The position numbers and the translations under genes were made by a program. The notes under the pieces are model-generated. The model was not told where the DNA came from, made no database searches, and saw only the letters and a list, made by a program, of their open reading frames with translations. A stretch of DNA of 64,000 nt. Source: Fidelibacterota bacterium (GTDB taxonomy: Bacteria > Fidelibacterota > Marinisomatia > SCGC-AAA003-L08 > GCA-2689995). Below, piece by piece: positions 47,485-57,000 of the stretch (the first letter of the stretch is position 1; the number at the start of each line of letters is the position of its first letter). The DNA is taken from the NCBI GenBank assembly GCA_002689995.1, contig NZIV01000062.1:76447-140446 (forward strand), read 5' to 3'.

Positions 47485-50484
47485 TTATTCCCAATCATCA
47501 TCCCAATCATCATCATCGTCATCTTCTTCAATCAATTCTAAATGATTATATCCATTTTTATCAAAGTATTTTTTAACTTCTTTAGAAATATCTTCCTTTC
47601 CTTCTAAAGCATATATCCAATCTCTGACTCCTTCAACTAACTCATTTTCTTTACCTGATAATTTAAGTACTGCTTCACCCCAATCCTTTTCAGCTCCTTC
47701 CATAGATAATATATCTTCGGTTGGAATATATACTGCAGGCATCTTTGTACCAGGCATAATTTGTTGTGGATTTTTTAACCATTCAACAACCCATGGTGCT
47801 CTTAATCTATTTTTTGTCATAGCCAGATTAGGTGCCCATGTAGGCGGCTCTCCTGATGGAAAATTTGTTCCAATAAAATGACAACTTTCACACTGACCTA
47901 TTTCGGCTAATTTTTTACCCGCATGGTACTTTATAGATTCTTTATCATATAAATGGGTGACTTCAAAATTATTTTCTTCATCTTCCATTGCTCTAAAACC
48001 TGAAATAATTGAATTCCATTCACTTTCATTTAAATGATAAGAAGGCATTCTTACTTTTAAATTAGGCCTAATTGTGTAAGGTTTTCTAAAAAAGTCATAA
48101 AGCCATTCTGGCTGAGTTTTTGCTCCCTGAGTATTTAAATTTGGTGGTGAATATTCAGGCATACCTATATCTTCTATAATTCTTCCACCATAATTGTTAA
48201 TTATATGACAACCTTGACAATTATTTTCCTTAACAATATTCATGCCTTTATTTATTGCTAATGCTTTTGGCGAGACATCTGCCAAAATAGTATTATCTAC
48301 TTTATCATCAGTAAATCCTAATAAGGCGGTAACAATTGCTTCGACTTGATCATCATTAAAATTAAAGTTTGGCATTCTTGATTTATCTTCAAACTCTACT
48401 TCTTTATGTTTATCAAAAATTCTTGGATTTTTCAATTTAGCTTCAAACCAACCATAATTTGTATGCTCTATATCTTTTATAAATCCAAAGTCAAACTTAT
48501 TAACGGGCTTACTTCCATGATATGTTAAATCAGCTCCAACAGGTTTAGCATCCTCAAAACCATCTATTAAATGGCATCCAGCACAACCATAATAATTAAT
48601 ACTTTTTTTAGCTACGTAATCAACTTTCTCATTAAAGCTCATTTGATTTAATCTTCGCTCAACAGTTTCAAATGTAAAACTTTTTTTAAGCCATCTTTCT
48701 GCTATTGTATGAATTTCTTCTTTATCAATTTCTATATCTGGATCATTATCAAATTTTTCATTCTTCATTGACATTAAATATGATGTTATATCTTTCGCTT
48801 CGTCATCAGTTAGTCTTAAATTCGGCATCTTTGTTTCTGCCCAATATTCATGAGGGTTTTTCAACCAATTAAATAACCATTTTGGGGTAGTTTTAGAACC
48901 TAAACCAATAAGATTACTACCATGTTTATTTAATAAATTGTAAGAGTTATTTTCCTCTACAATTGCCTCAGGCTCTACAATATGACATCCTTGGCACCCT
49001 AACTGAGTATATAATTTTTCACCATTATCCAAATTTCCTAAATATTTACTATAATCTTCATCTAGGGGCAATTCATCTTTATCTCTAAATAAATACTCTA
49101 CTATTGAGTATACTTCAGCTTTATTTCTACGAATACTAAGACTATCGCTATTATTTGTCTGCATGAAAAAAGCAGGCATCCATGTATTATGCCTAAATCC
49201 TTTTGGATCCCAAGCCCATTTTCTTGCCCATTTTTTATCTACTTTTTCATTTAATCGCTTTAAACTTGGACCATTTTTACTCTTATCTTCATATTTTTGA
49301 ATGTTATGACAACCATAACATCCACTTTGCTCAATCAATGTTAAACCATAAGTAAGTTTATCTGCACCTTTGATATTTGCCTCACTTGAATGACATTTAA
49401 AGCAACCAGCTTCAGAGTAACGGCTAGGTAACATGGGTTTTAACCAATGATGCATTTGATGCCAATTGTATTCTTCTTCCCATCGGCTCTTATCTTCTGA
49501 ACTATTGGGCATATGTACTGCTGAAGTAAATTCTGTACCACGACTTCTTCCAGCATGACAACTTGTACATCCAAATCGCTCATTTGGGTGGGGCGAACTA
49601 GATGTTAAATATAAATCTAAATTAGGATGTGTTGTATAAGGCTGAGGTGCATCTTCATAGCCTTTTTTGTCAATACCTAAATGACAGCTCATGCATCTAT
49701 CAACAGTCTGGACTTGTGCAAAGTTAACATTGTATTTTACTTCATTTACAACGGTTTGTTGTACTTTATAATAGGGATCTAAAAAATCTATAATTGGTAA
49801 ATCTCTTACTACATTAGCAATTTTATTAGCTAGAGTCATATGATCAAAAGATAATTTTTCAAGATTTGATTTAAGTAAATCGACATCACTTGTCAATGCT
49901 TTAAAAGCTTTATCTGCAGTATTTAATTCTAAATTTATTAAATCAATATTCTCTTGAGCTAGAATTACTTTTTTTTCAGCATCTTCCCTGATTAACCTTA
50001 AGTCTGTTAATTTTAACTTTGCTTTTTCAAATTTCTCTTTAAATGAGTTTTTATCATAAATATTCTTTTTGTACGAGTCTTTATATTCTTCATCTTCTAA
50101 TTTATATTTTAAAACATCTACTTCACCTTTAAAATCTAAATAATTCATATTTGCTTGATAGTACTTACCATCTAGTTTTTCTACTAATTTATTAGCTTCA
50201 TCTAACTCTTTAGATTTTTTTTGTATATTTTCTTCCGCAGTTATTAACTCACTTTTATATTCTTCTATTTTTGAAGAAATTCCGTCGTATGCAAATAAAT
50301 AATTTTCTTCTGCTTTTTTGGCCTCCATTTTACGAAATTCTTTTTGATAAGTTTTAAAGTCATCATCGTTGTCATCCCAAAAAGTAAGAATAATTGATGC
50401 AAAAAATAAAACCGATGCTATAGCAAACCATTTATTTAATGTATTTCCAGTATAATGTCTTTCTTCTGTATTGATAAATCCCAT
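47485..50484 (-). CDS. Membrane-anchored octahaem c-type cytochrome (999 aa) with a long charged helical N-terminal region and an acidic tail
   Basis: One N-terminal TM segment. Eight CxxCH sites: CMSCH, CTSCH, CFKCH, CYGCH, CQGCH, CAGCH, CQGCH, CESCH. The last four sit in class-I-like modules with distal MP motifs. Ends in EEDDDDDDWDDDWE. Confidence 0.8.
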   Translation of the reverse strand: MGFINTEERHYTGNTLNKWFAIASVLFFASIILTFWDDNDDDFKTYQKEFRKMEAKKAEENYLFAYDGISSKIEEYKSELITAEENIQKKSKELDEANKLVEKLDGKYYQANMNYLDFKGEVDVLKYKLEDEEYKDSYKKNIYDKNSFKEKFEKAKLKLTDLRLIREDAEKKVILAQENIDLINLELNTADKAFKALTSDVDLLKSNLEKLSFDHMTLANKIANVVRDLPIIDFLDPYYKVQQTVVNEVKYNVNFAQVQTVDRCMSCHLGIDKKGYEDAPQPYTTHPNLDLYLTSSSPHPNERFGCTSCHAGRSRGTEFTSAVHMPNSSEDKSRWEEEYNWHQMHHWLKPMLPSRYSEAGCFKCHSSEANIKGADKLTYGLTLIEQSGCYGCHNIQKYEDKSKNGPSLKRLNEKVDKKWARKWAWDPKGFRHNTWMPAFFMQTNNSDSLSIRRNKAEVYSIVEYLFRDKDELPLDEDYSKYLGNLDNGEKLYTQLGCQGCHIVEPEAIVEENNSYNLLNKHGSNLIGLGSKTTPKWLFNWLKNPHEYWAETKMPNLRLTDDEAKDITSYLMSMKNEKFDNDPDIEIDKEEIHTIAERWLKKSFTFETVERRLNQMSFNEKVDYVAKKSINYYGCAGCHLIDGFEDAKPVGADLTYHGSKPVNKFDFGFIKDIEHTNYGWFEAKLKNPRIFDKHKEVEFEDKSRMPNFNFNDDQVEAIVTALLGFTDDKVDNTILADVSPKALAINKGMNIVKENNCQGCHIINNYGGRIIEDIGMPEYSPPNLNTQGAKTQPEWLYDFFRKPYTIRPNLKVRMPSYHLNESEWNSIISGFRAMEDEENNFEVTHLYDKESIKYHAGKKLAEIGQCESCHFIGTNFPSGEPPTWAPNLAMTKNRLRAPWVVEWLKNPQQIMPGTKMPAVYIPTEDILSMEGAEKDWGEAVLKLSGKENELVEGVRDWIYALEGKEDISKEVKKYFDKNGYNHLELIEEDDDDDDWDDDWE

Positions 50485-50498
50485 AAACTTTTACTTAT

Positions 50499-51617
50499 TT
50501 AAATATTGAAAAACGCTTCAGGTATAGAAACAATATATTGTAGGTTTATTGTCCATCTTAAATACATTTTAATTGGTAATGATAACATCGATAAACCAAA
50601 AAACATAATAACTGAATATCGGACAGGCCCCATCTCTTGATAAAATTCTTTTAAGTAACCTTTAGCTAATATAGCTGGTGGTAAAATAAAGTAAAGAACT
50701 ACCAAAATAATTCCAAGAAACTCACGGGCTAATATGTTAGATGGCAATCCTTGATTCCATGCTTTAACCCATACATATTCTGATAAATTTATACTACTCA
50801 ATGCCTCTATTTTATGTGCATCCCAGTATTCAAAAGGACCATAAAAGTTCCAATTAGGTCCTCTAAAAAATGTTCCAACAATGACTAAATAAACCCATAA
50901 TGCTAGCCATCCATACATGAAAATAAATATACTTATTCTTCTATCTTTAAAGGAATAAAATCCTTCACCCTTCTTATTTGTATCAACATAAGGAATAGCA
51001 ATTAATCCACCAATTATAAATAATGGAAACATAATTCCTGCAATCCATGGGTCAAAATATACTAACATTTCTTGTAGTCCTAAAAAATACCATGGTGCTT
51101 TCGATGGATTTGGAGTTGCTGCAGGATTTGCGGGCTCTTCCAATGGGGCACCTATAAATACAGACCATATTACTAGAAAAACGGTGAATAATATTAGGCA
51201 AATTAATTCAGAGTATACTAAATCTGGCCAGACTAAGATTTTATCTTTAGGGTCATTATATTCATCTGGTTTTTCACCTCTACTTAATTTAGCATCATTT
51301 TTATAAGCTTGGTACATTGATAACCATAGCGTTCCAGGTATTAAATAAAACATTAATATGATTGGAATATTATCTGGTTTTGTTAATATTTTGACCGCAT
51401 ATTTATCAGTAAATCCTAAAACTAAAAATAACGTTATAGCTATGAAAAGAAAATACCCACCCTCTTTTTTCCATAAACGATCCAATCCAAATTTAAAGTG
51501 ATACTTTTCAAACCAGTCAGTTGGGGGAAAGAAAAAAGGGGATAATACTGTCAACAATGTAAATGATATTGTTGGATCAGATAAAATATTTATTATTTCT
51601 TTAATTAAATCTAGCAT
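50499..51617 (-). CDS. Cytochrome b C-terminal part (subunit-IV-like), extended to 372 aa
   Basis: APWYFLGLQEML (the PEWY-motif equivalent) sits in the middle of a polytopic protein, with extra hydrophobic segments on both sides. Confidence 0.7.
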   Translation of the reverse strand: MLDLIKEIINILSDPTISFTLLTVLSPFFFPPTDWFEKYHFKFGLDRLWKKEGGYFLFIAITLFLVLGFTDKYAVKILTKPDNIPIILMFYLIPGTLWLSMYQAYKNDAKLSRGEKPDEYNDPKDKILVWPDLVYSELICLILFTVFLVIWSVFIGAPLEEPANPAATPNPSKAPWYFLGLQEMLVYFDPWIAGIMFPLFIIGGLIAIPYVDTNKKGEGFYSFKDRRISIFIFMYGWLALWVYLVIVGTFFRGPNWNFYGPFEYWDAHKIEALSSINLSEYVWVKAWNQGLPSNILAREFLGIILVVLYFILPPAILAKGYLKEFYQEMGPVRYSVIMFFGLSMLSLPIKMYLRWTINLQYIVSIPEAFFNI

Positions 51618-51642
51618 AGTTTAAGTTCTTATATTTTTTTGA

Positions 51643-52434
51643 TTATAATGGTCCAGATATTCCACCGTCTTTTCTAATTCTCCAAAAATGTACAGCCATT
51701 AATATCATCGCAATAAATGGTACACCTATACAATGTAAAACATAAAATCTAAGAAGAGTAGCCTCTCCAACGAACCTTCCTCCTAAAAGTGCAAATCTTA
51801 CATCAGAACCTGAATGCACTAAGTTAATATCACCAATTGCTAATAAAGACGCTCCAGGACCCTCGCTACCAATGAATGGGTGCGCTCTAGCCATATTTGA
51901 ACCTACCGTAATAGCCCAAATAGCTAATTGATCCCATGGGAGTAAATAACCTGTAAAACTTAAAAACATTGTAATAGTCATTAATAAAACACCAACTCCC
52001 CAATTAAACTCTCGAGGAGGCTTATAAGAGCCCGTCATAAATACTCTGAACATATGTAACCAAACTGCAATTACCATTGCATGAGCACCCCACCTATGTA
52101 TTTCTCTCATTATACCTAAAGGCACTTGCTCAGTTAAATCAATTACATCAGTATAAGCATATTCTACAGTAGGCCTGTAATAAAACATCAGAAGAATACC
52201 TGATATAGTTAATATTAAAAATAAAAAAAACGATAACCCACCCATACACCAAGTATATTTAATTTTTACTGCATGCTTTGGCAATCTTACTGGGTGCAAA
52301 TGTAGAAATACATTATTTAGTATAGCCATCATTCTCTGTCGTCGAGTTACAGGAATACCTGTTCTAAAAATTGATTTCCAAACTTGTGAGTTTGCAATTT
52401 TTTCTAATAAATTTTCTTTTACTTTTTTATCCAT
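51643..52434 (-). CDS. Cytochrome b N-terminal part (b6-like, haem-bearing four-helix core)
   Basis: HRWGAHAMV, LPWDQLAIWA and FYVLHCIGVPFIAMILMAVHFWR, with paired His ligands. Confidence 0.9.
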   Translation of the reverse strand: MDKKVKENLLEKIANSQVWKSIFRTGIPVTRRQRMMAILNNVFLHLHPVRLPKHAVKIKYTWCMGGLSFFLFLILTISGILLMFYYRPTVEYAYTDVIDLTEQVPLGIMREIHRWGAHAMVIAVWLHMFRVFMTGSYKPPREFNWGVGVLLMTITMFLSFTGYLLPWDQLAIWAITVGSNMARAHPFIGSEGPGASLLAIGDINLVHSGSDVRFALLGGRFVGEATLLRFYVLHCIGVPFIAMILMAVHFWRIRKDGGISGPL

Positions 52435-52458
52435 AACTTTTTCTAATATTATCTTAAA

Positions 52459-53007
52459 TTATACTATGTTAAGAAATGATTCACTATTTTCCCATTCACC
52501 TTTTTCTTGTTGAAACTTCTTTGTTTTATCAACAACAATTTGACCGTCATCTGCCCTATATACTTTAAACCTTTCTAGAGGTCTAGGCGCAGGACCCTCA
52601 AAATGAATACCTGTTATTCTAAAACCGCTACCATGGCATGGACATTTAAATTTTCGTTCATTACTTAACCAATTTGGAGTACATCCTAAATGCGTACAAA
52701 CTGTTGATAAAGCATACAAACCTTCTTTATTTCTCACTATCCATACACCATGTTCTGTTTTAAATCTTGTGTCTACCATATCTATTGTAAAATCATCAGG
52801 GTATCCAATTTTAAAGCTTTGAGGTGGTTCAAAAAGTACATTAGGAAATAAAAATCTTATAATCATTGTAAAGAAGCCACCGGTAGCTGCGGCAAATGCT
52901 AGCCAACCTACAGTAATCCAGCCAATAAAACCTTTTCGATCAACCTCAACCTTATTTTCGACTGCTGAAGTTACATTTTTACCTATTGATGCTGTTGGTT
53001 TTGCCAT
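52459..53007 (-). CDS. Rieske [2Fe-2S] subunit
   Basis: CTHLGC and CPCHGS boxes, with an N-terminal TM anchor. Confidence 0.9.
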   Translation of the reverse strand: MAKPTASIGKNVTSAVENKVEVDRKGFIGWITVGWLAFAAATGGFFTMIIRFLFPNVLFEPPQSFKIGYPDDFTIDMVDTRFKTEHGVWIVRNKEGLYALSTVCTHLGCTPNWLSNERKFKCPCHGSGFRITGIHFEGPAPRPLERFKVYRADDGQIVVDKTKKFQQEKGEWENSESFLNIV

Positions 53008-53900
53008 TATCCGACATCCTTATTATATACTTTTTTCAATGTTTTTATTGCGCTATCACGAACTTTCATATTTAAATCATGAAGTGCTAATTTTTCTAGA
53101 TGAGGGATAAATTCATCCGATTTTAAAATTCCCGATACATGTATAGCCACTAAAATAGCCTGAACTTGCTCCCATTCGTCAACTTGAGGAAACTTTTTTA
53201 AATAGTCCCGTTGTAATAATTCTTTAATAACAGGAACAGCACGAGAATTTTTTAGTTTTGCCAGCGCTACAGCTGACTCCCATCGAATATTCGCTTCCTC
53301 ATCATCTAATAAAGGTAATAAGTCTTTCACGGTTGAAGTGTCCGAAATCATACCTATCGCCATAATTGCAGATAATCTTATATCATCCGTTATATTTTTT
53401 TTAATCAAGGGTAAAAGTAATGGAATAGCCTTGCCGTACTTTATTTGCCCTAATGATTTTATAGATGAAACCTTACTTTGAATATTTTGATCTTTTAATC
53501 CTTCTAAAAGAACTTCGCCATACTCTGAATTTCTTGTCGCACCCATTGCTAATGCAAGATAAGTTCTCACCTGAGGGTCATCATGAATAGAATTACGATA
53601 TACCATTGTAAGTTCATTAACAAACTTTTCATCAGTTGGAACTAAATCTGGATTACCTAAAATTTTTGCTAATTCAAATGCAGACTGCCAACGCTTAGTT
53701 GCTGCTCCTATTTTTATTTCATTAAGATAATCATAAGCGGAGTCTGACTCATCCGACAGCATTTTCCACATGAAAAAGAACAAAACACCAAAAACTACAA
53801 TTATAAATGGTATAACAAAAAAGGAGTGTACCAAAACCTCAATGACACCTTTTTCATTTTCAGTATTTTTACTATTTTCTTCTATTGGCTTTTGGCTCAT
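53007..53900 (-). CDS. Membrane-anchored HEAT-repeat (PBS-lyase-like) protein, first gene of the bc-type operon
   Basis: The start was trimmed to the ATG at 53900, because the track ORF extension is the tRNA read in frame. One TM (FFVIPFIIVVFGVLFFF), then repeats such as DIRLSAIMAIGMI and NIRWESAVALAKL. Its stop overlaps the Rieske ATG by 1 nt. Confidence 0.6.
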   Translation of the reverse strand: MSQKPIEENSKNTENEKGVIEVLVHSFFVIPFIIVVFGVLFFFMWKMLSDESDSAYDYLNEIKIGAATKRWQSAFELAKILGNPDLVPTDEKFVNELTMVYRNSIHDDPQVRTYLALAMGATRNSEYGEVLLEGLKDQNIQSKVSSIKSLGQIKYGKAIPLLLPLIKKNITDDIRLSAIMAIGMISDTSTVKDLLPLLDDEEANIRWESAVALAKLKNSRAVPVIKELLQRDYLKKFPQVDEWEQVQAILVAIHVSGILKSDEFIPHLEKLALHDLNMKVRDSAIKTLKKVYNKDVG

Positions 53901-53908
53901 AAAAAGTG

Positions 53909-53990
53909 TGCCGCGGCAGAGACTCGAACTCTGACGCCTAATGGCACTGGATCCTAAATCCAGCGTGTCTACCAATTCCACCACCACGGC
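53909..53990 (-). tRNA. tRNA-Leu (anticodon UAG), type II with a long variable arm. CCA is not encoded.
   Basis: Hand-folded: acceptor GCCGTGG/CCGCGGC, D arm GTG/CAC, anticodon stem CTGGA/TCCAG with loop TTTAGGA, variable arm TGCCATTAGGCGT, T arm CAGAG-TTCGAGT-CTCTG, discriminator A. Confidence 0.9.
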
Positions 53991-54005
53991 CTAAAATTAT
54001 ATAGC

Positions 54006-54013
54006 CAAAATTA
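54006..54013 (-). promoter_or_regulatory. Candidate Bacteroidetes-type -7 promoter element (TAATTTTG, matching TAnnTTTG) upstream of tRNA-Leu
   Basis: Exact match to TAnnTTTG, 15 nt upstream of the mature tRNA 5' end. A TATAAT also lies between them. Chance matches are likely in AT-rich DNA. Confidence 0.25.
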
Positions 54014-54093
54014 CAGGATTTTTATATTGCTATAAAAAGAAAATTTTGAAGAAAAATGCGATTATATGTAACTGAGAATCGTTCTCATTTTTA

Positions 54094-57000
54094 TTATTTT
54101 ACTAACATTATTTTCTCTATAAAGTTGAGCTTTGGAGAAGTCATTCTTATCAAATATAATCCGCTAGGTTGATTTGACCCATCCCATTTAATTTGATGCA
54201 TCCCAGGATGATGAGTGCCATTAAATAAAACTGCAACTCTTTTTCCTAAAACATTAAAAACTTCAATAGATAAATATGATATTTCAGGAATATCATATTG
54301 AATCGTTGCAATTGGATTGAAAGGATTTGGATACACAGGGTATAAGTGATATTCATTTGGAACTACAAAAAAATCATTAGTCAATATTTCATCTACTATC
54401 AGTTCCTGTGTTCCAAATAAATATGGATTATCTAAAGAAAATTGAGCAATATATTCCATCTGTTCAGAGTTTCGCCAAATTTTAATAATTATCTCATTAT
54501 TAACGACAAAACCTGGCTCTGCTGGACTTTCATCAAAAATAGGGTGACAAGGAGTAGCGCGAATTGCATCAATAGTTAGGGTTTCATTTTCATAAAATCC
54601 GCTCCCAACTAATACGGTATCAAATTGAGCAGGACACTCAGTAGATGAAATCCCTGCATAATCAAAAACTCCAATATGATCACCATACTCTAATCCCATA
54701 AGATTTTCTCCAAAAGTTATCGGCTGGAAATTACCTGTTGTTTCAATTTCTAACTGATAATAAAGTGGTATATTGAGCTCAGTAACTATTATACTATTAC
54801 CACTAAATACATGCCCCTGCTCTGCTACGCTATAAATCATTTCAATTTGAGAAGAATGTCTCCAAACTTTTATAATTATATCATTGCCAGGTACAAACCC
54901 TGGTTCAGCCTGAATATTTGGATTGAAAGGAGTGCATGGCGTTGCTCTAATAGCATCTATCTCTACATCTTCACCTGAATATAAATTTGAACCTACAAGT
55001 AAATCACCATATTCTGAAGGGCATTCAGCAGATAATATACCACTTGCATCGTAAACTGCGATTTCATCACCAACTTCTAATTCTGGAATTTGAGCTGAAA
55101 TTATAATATTTTGATAGTTTCCTGTAGGGTCAATACTCACTGTATAATAAGGTATTTGACACGAGCCATCATCAATAGTTGCATTTTCATTGAAATTAAA
55201 GGCGTCTGGATTGATACAGCCAAAATATGCACATGCAGGTAATTGCGCAATAAATCCATCAGGGTATAGGACATCATAATGCGGATCTAATTCTGCACCA
55301 ATGATACAAAATGAATCATCTAATCCGCTTGATGTCTGCGTAAATACAATATCACCTAATTCTAAGAATCCTTCGAGACTACTATTAGGATTATTTGGAT
55401 AAATTTTAAAATTATTACCTGTTAGTTCTGTAACATACCAATTATCATCAAATAATCCATTAATCAAAGTATCAATAATTATATTTTCTCCAATATATAT
55501 TGAAATGGTATCCATTTCATCCGAAACATCTACATTGATTCCTACAGTATTCGAATTTTCACTAAATTGAAATTCTCCAAACTGAATATTTCCGTAATAA
55601 TCAATACTAGCACATTGCTGCGGTGAAGGGTTTGTAAATTCTTCCAACTCATTAAACGCCATAATGTAATAGCAGTATGTATTAGGGTAAGTGACATCAC
55701 TATCAACATATTGTGTCTCTATAACATCTAAGCTATCAACTAATAGTTGTCCATCTTTAAAAATTTGATAATAATCATAGTCTAAATGTGGCGTCCAATT
55801 TAATTTTATTCCAAGTATATTCATATCAGTTTCTACAGAAAAATCATAAATACAAGAATTATTCCAATCTTCTTCCACTAAACAATCATAGGTAGAACAT
55901 TCTATACATTGACCACATTCATCAAGGTCTGCTATAACATCGTCACTACTACCATCAAAATCTATATCTCCCAAACAATCTACAGGACAACCTGTTATTT
56001 CAACTACACTTTGCCAGTCAGGGCAATTTGATATCCAATTACCATATTCATCAAAATCACCATCAAAACATGGACTAACTTGGCCATCCTGGTTTGAATC
56101 AATATATACATTCATTGCATTTTCTGTACAAACATTGCAGTCATCGACTCCATCATTGCGTATCTCATCTCCATTTAAATCTATAAATGGTTCTCCTAAA
56201 TTATAGAACCCATCTTGATTTACATCAGAATAATCTTCAGGTATATTAAAATATAAATCACAAATATCATCGTTTGTACCATCACACTCTGGTCCTGAAC
56301 GACAAGTTCCACATATATCTTTTTGTCCTTCAAATTGATGATGGCAAAGGCCAGTACTGCCAACAGCATTAAAATTGCAAACCATACCCCAGATAGTACA
56401 ATCAGAATCACTTTCACACTCTAGATTATCATTTGGAATAATAACTATGTTTCCGTTCAAATCAAAACTACCTGAATTCCCTAATGTACATTGGCCACAA
56501 TCATCTACGACTGCACCAAAATTTGACTCAGTGTAACAGGTGCAAGCACAGTCAATTATATCTTGATTCCCTGAACAAATCCCTAAATCATAATCATAAA
56601 CACTTGGTTGATTACTTGTACTTCCACCAGCACAAATACCACACAAATCATTAAAAGCCAAGCCATTAAATACATCATCACAATCATATTTTGTTAAATT
56701 ACACTCAATAAATAAATCTTCATTACAATTTTCAGAGTGATTTAAGTTATATGCATTATTTGAGCTAGATGGAGTTCCATAATTGTATCCACCTGATACA
56801 TCCCATTCGCCATCTTCAGTAGCCATATATGGATTAGGAAAATACTCACTTGCCGTCATCCAGTTTGAAGATAAATTTCTACTTTTATAAGGCTCAATCA
56901 GCTCTACTGAATGTCCTATATGTGGTGCGCCGACTGGCCAGTAAGCTTCATCAGAATAATTTAAATAATCCATTATAGTATAGTCTTCAATTAGAATTTG

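Noticed and set aside
53901-53987. N-terminal 29 codons of track ORF 53007..53987 (MVVELVDTLDLGSSAIRRQSSSLCRGTLF)
   Set aside because: This stretch is the tRNA-Leu gene read in frame from a GTG. The real CDS most likely starts at the ATG at 53900.
54074-54086. Hairpin GAGAA-TCG-TTCTC just downstream of the giant gene stop
   Set aside because: The stem is only 5 bp. The T-run follows it on the plus strand, where there is no gene to terminate, and on the coding (minus) strand it is not followed by a U-tract.
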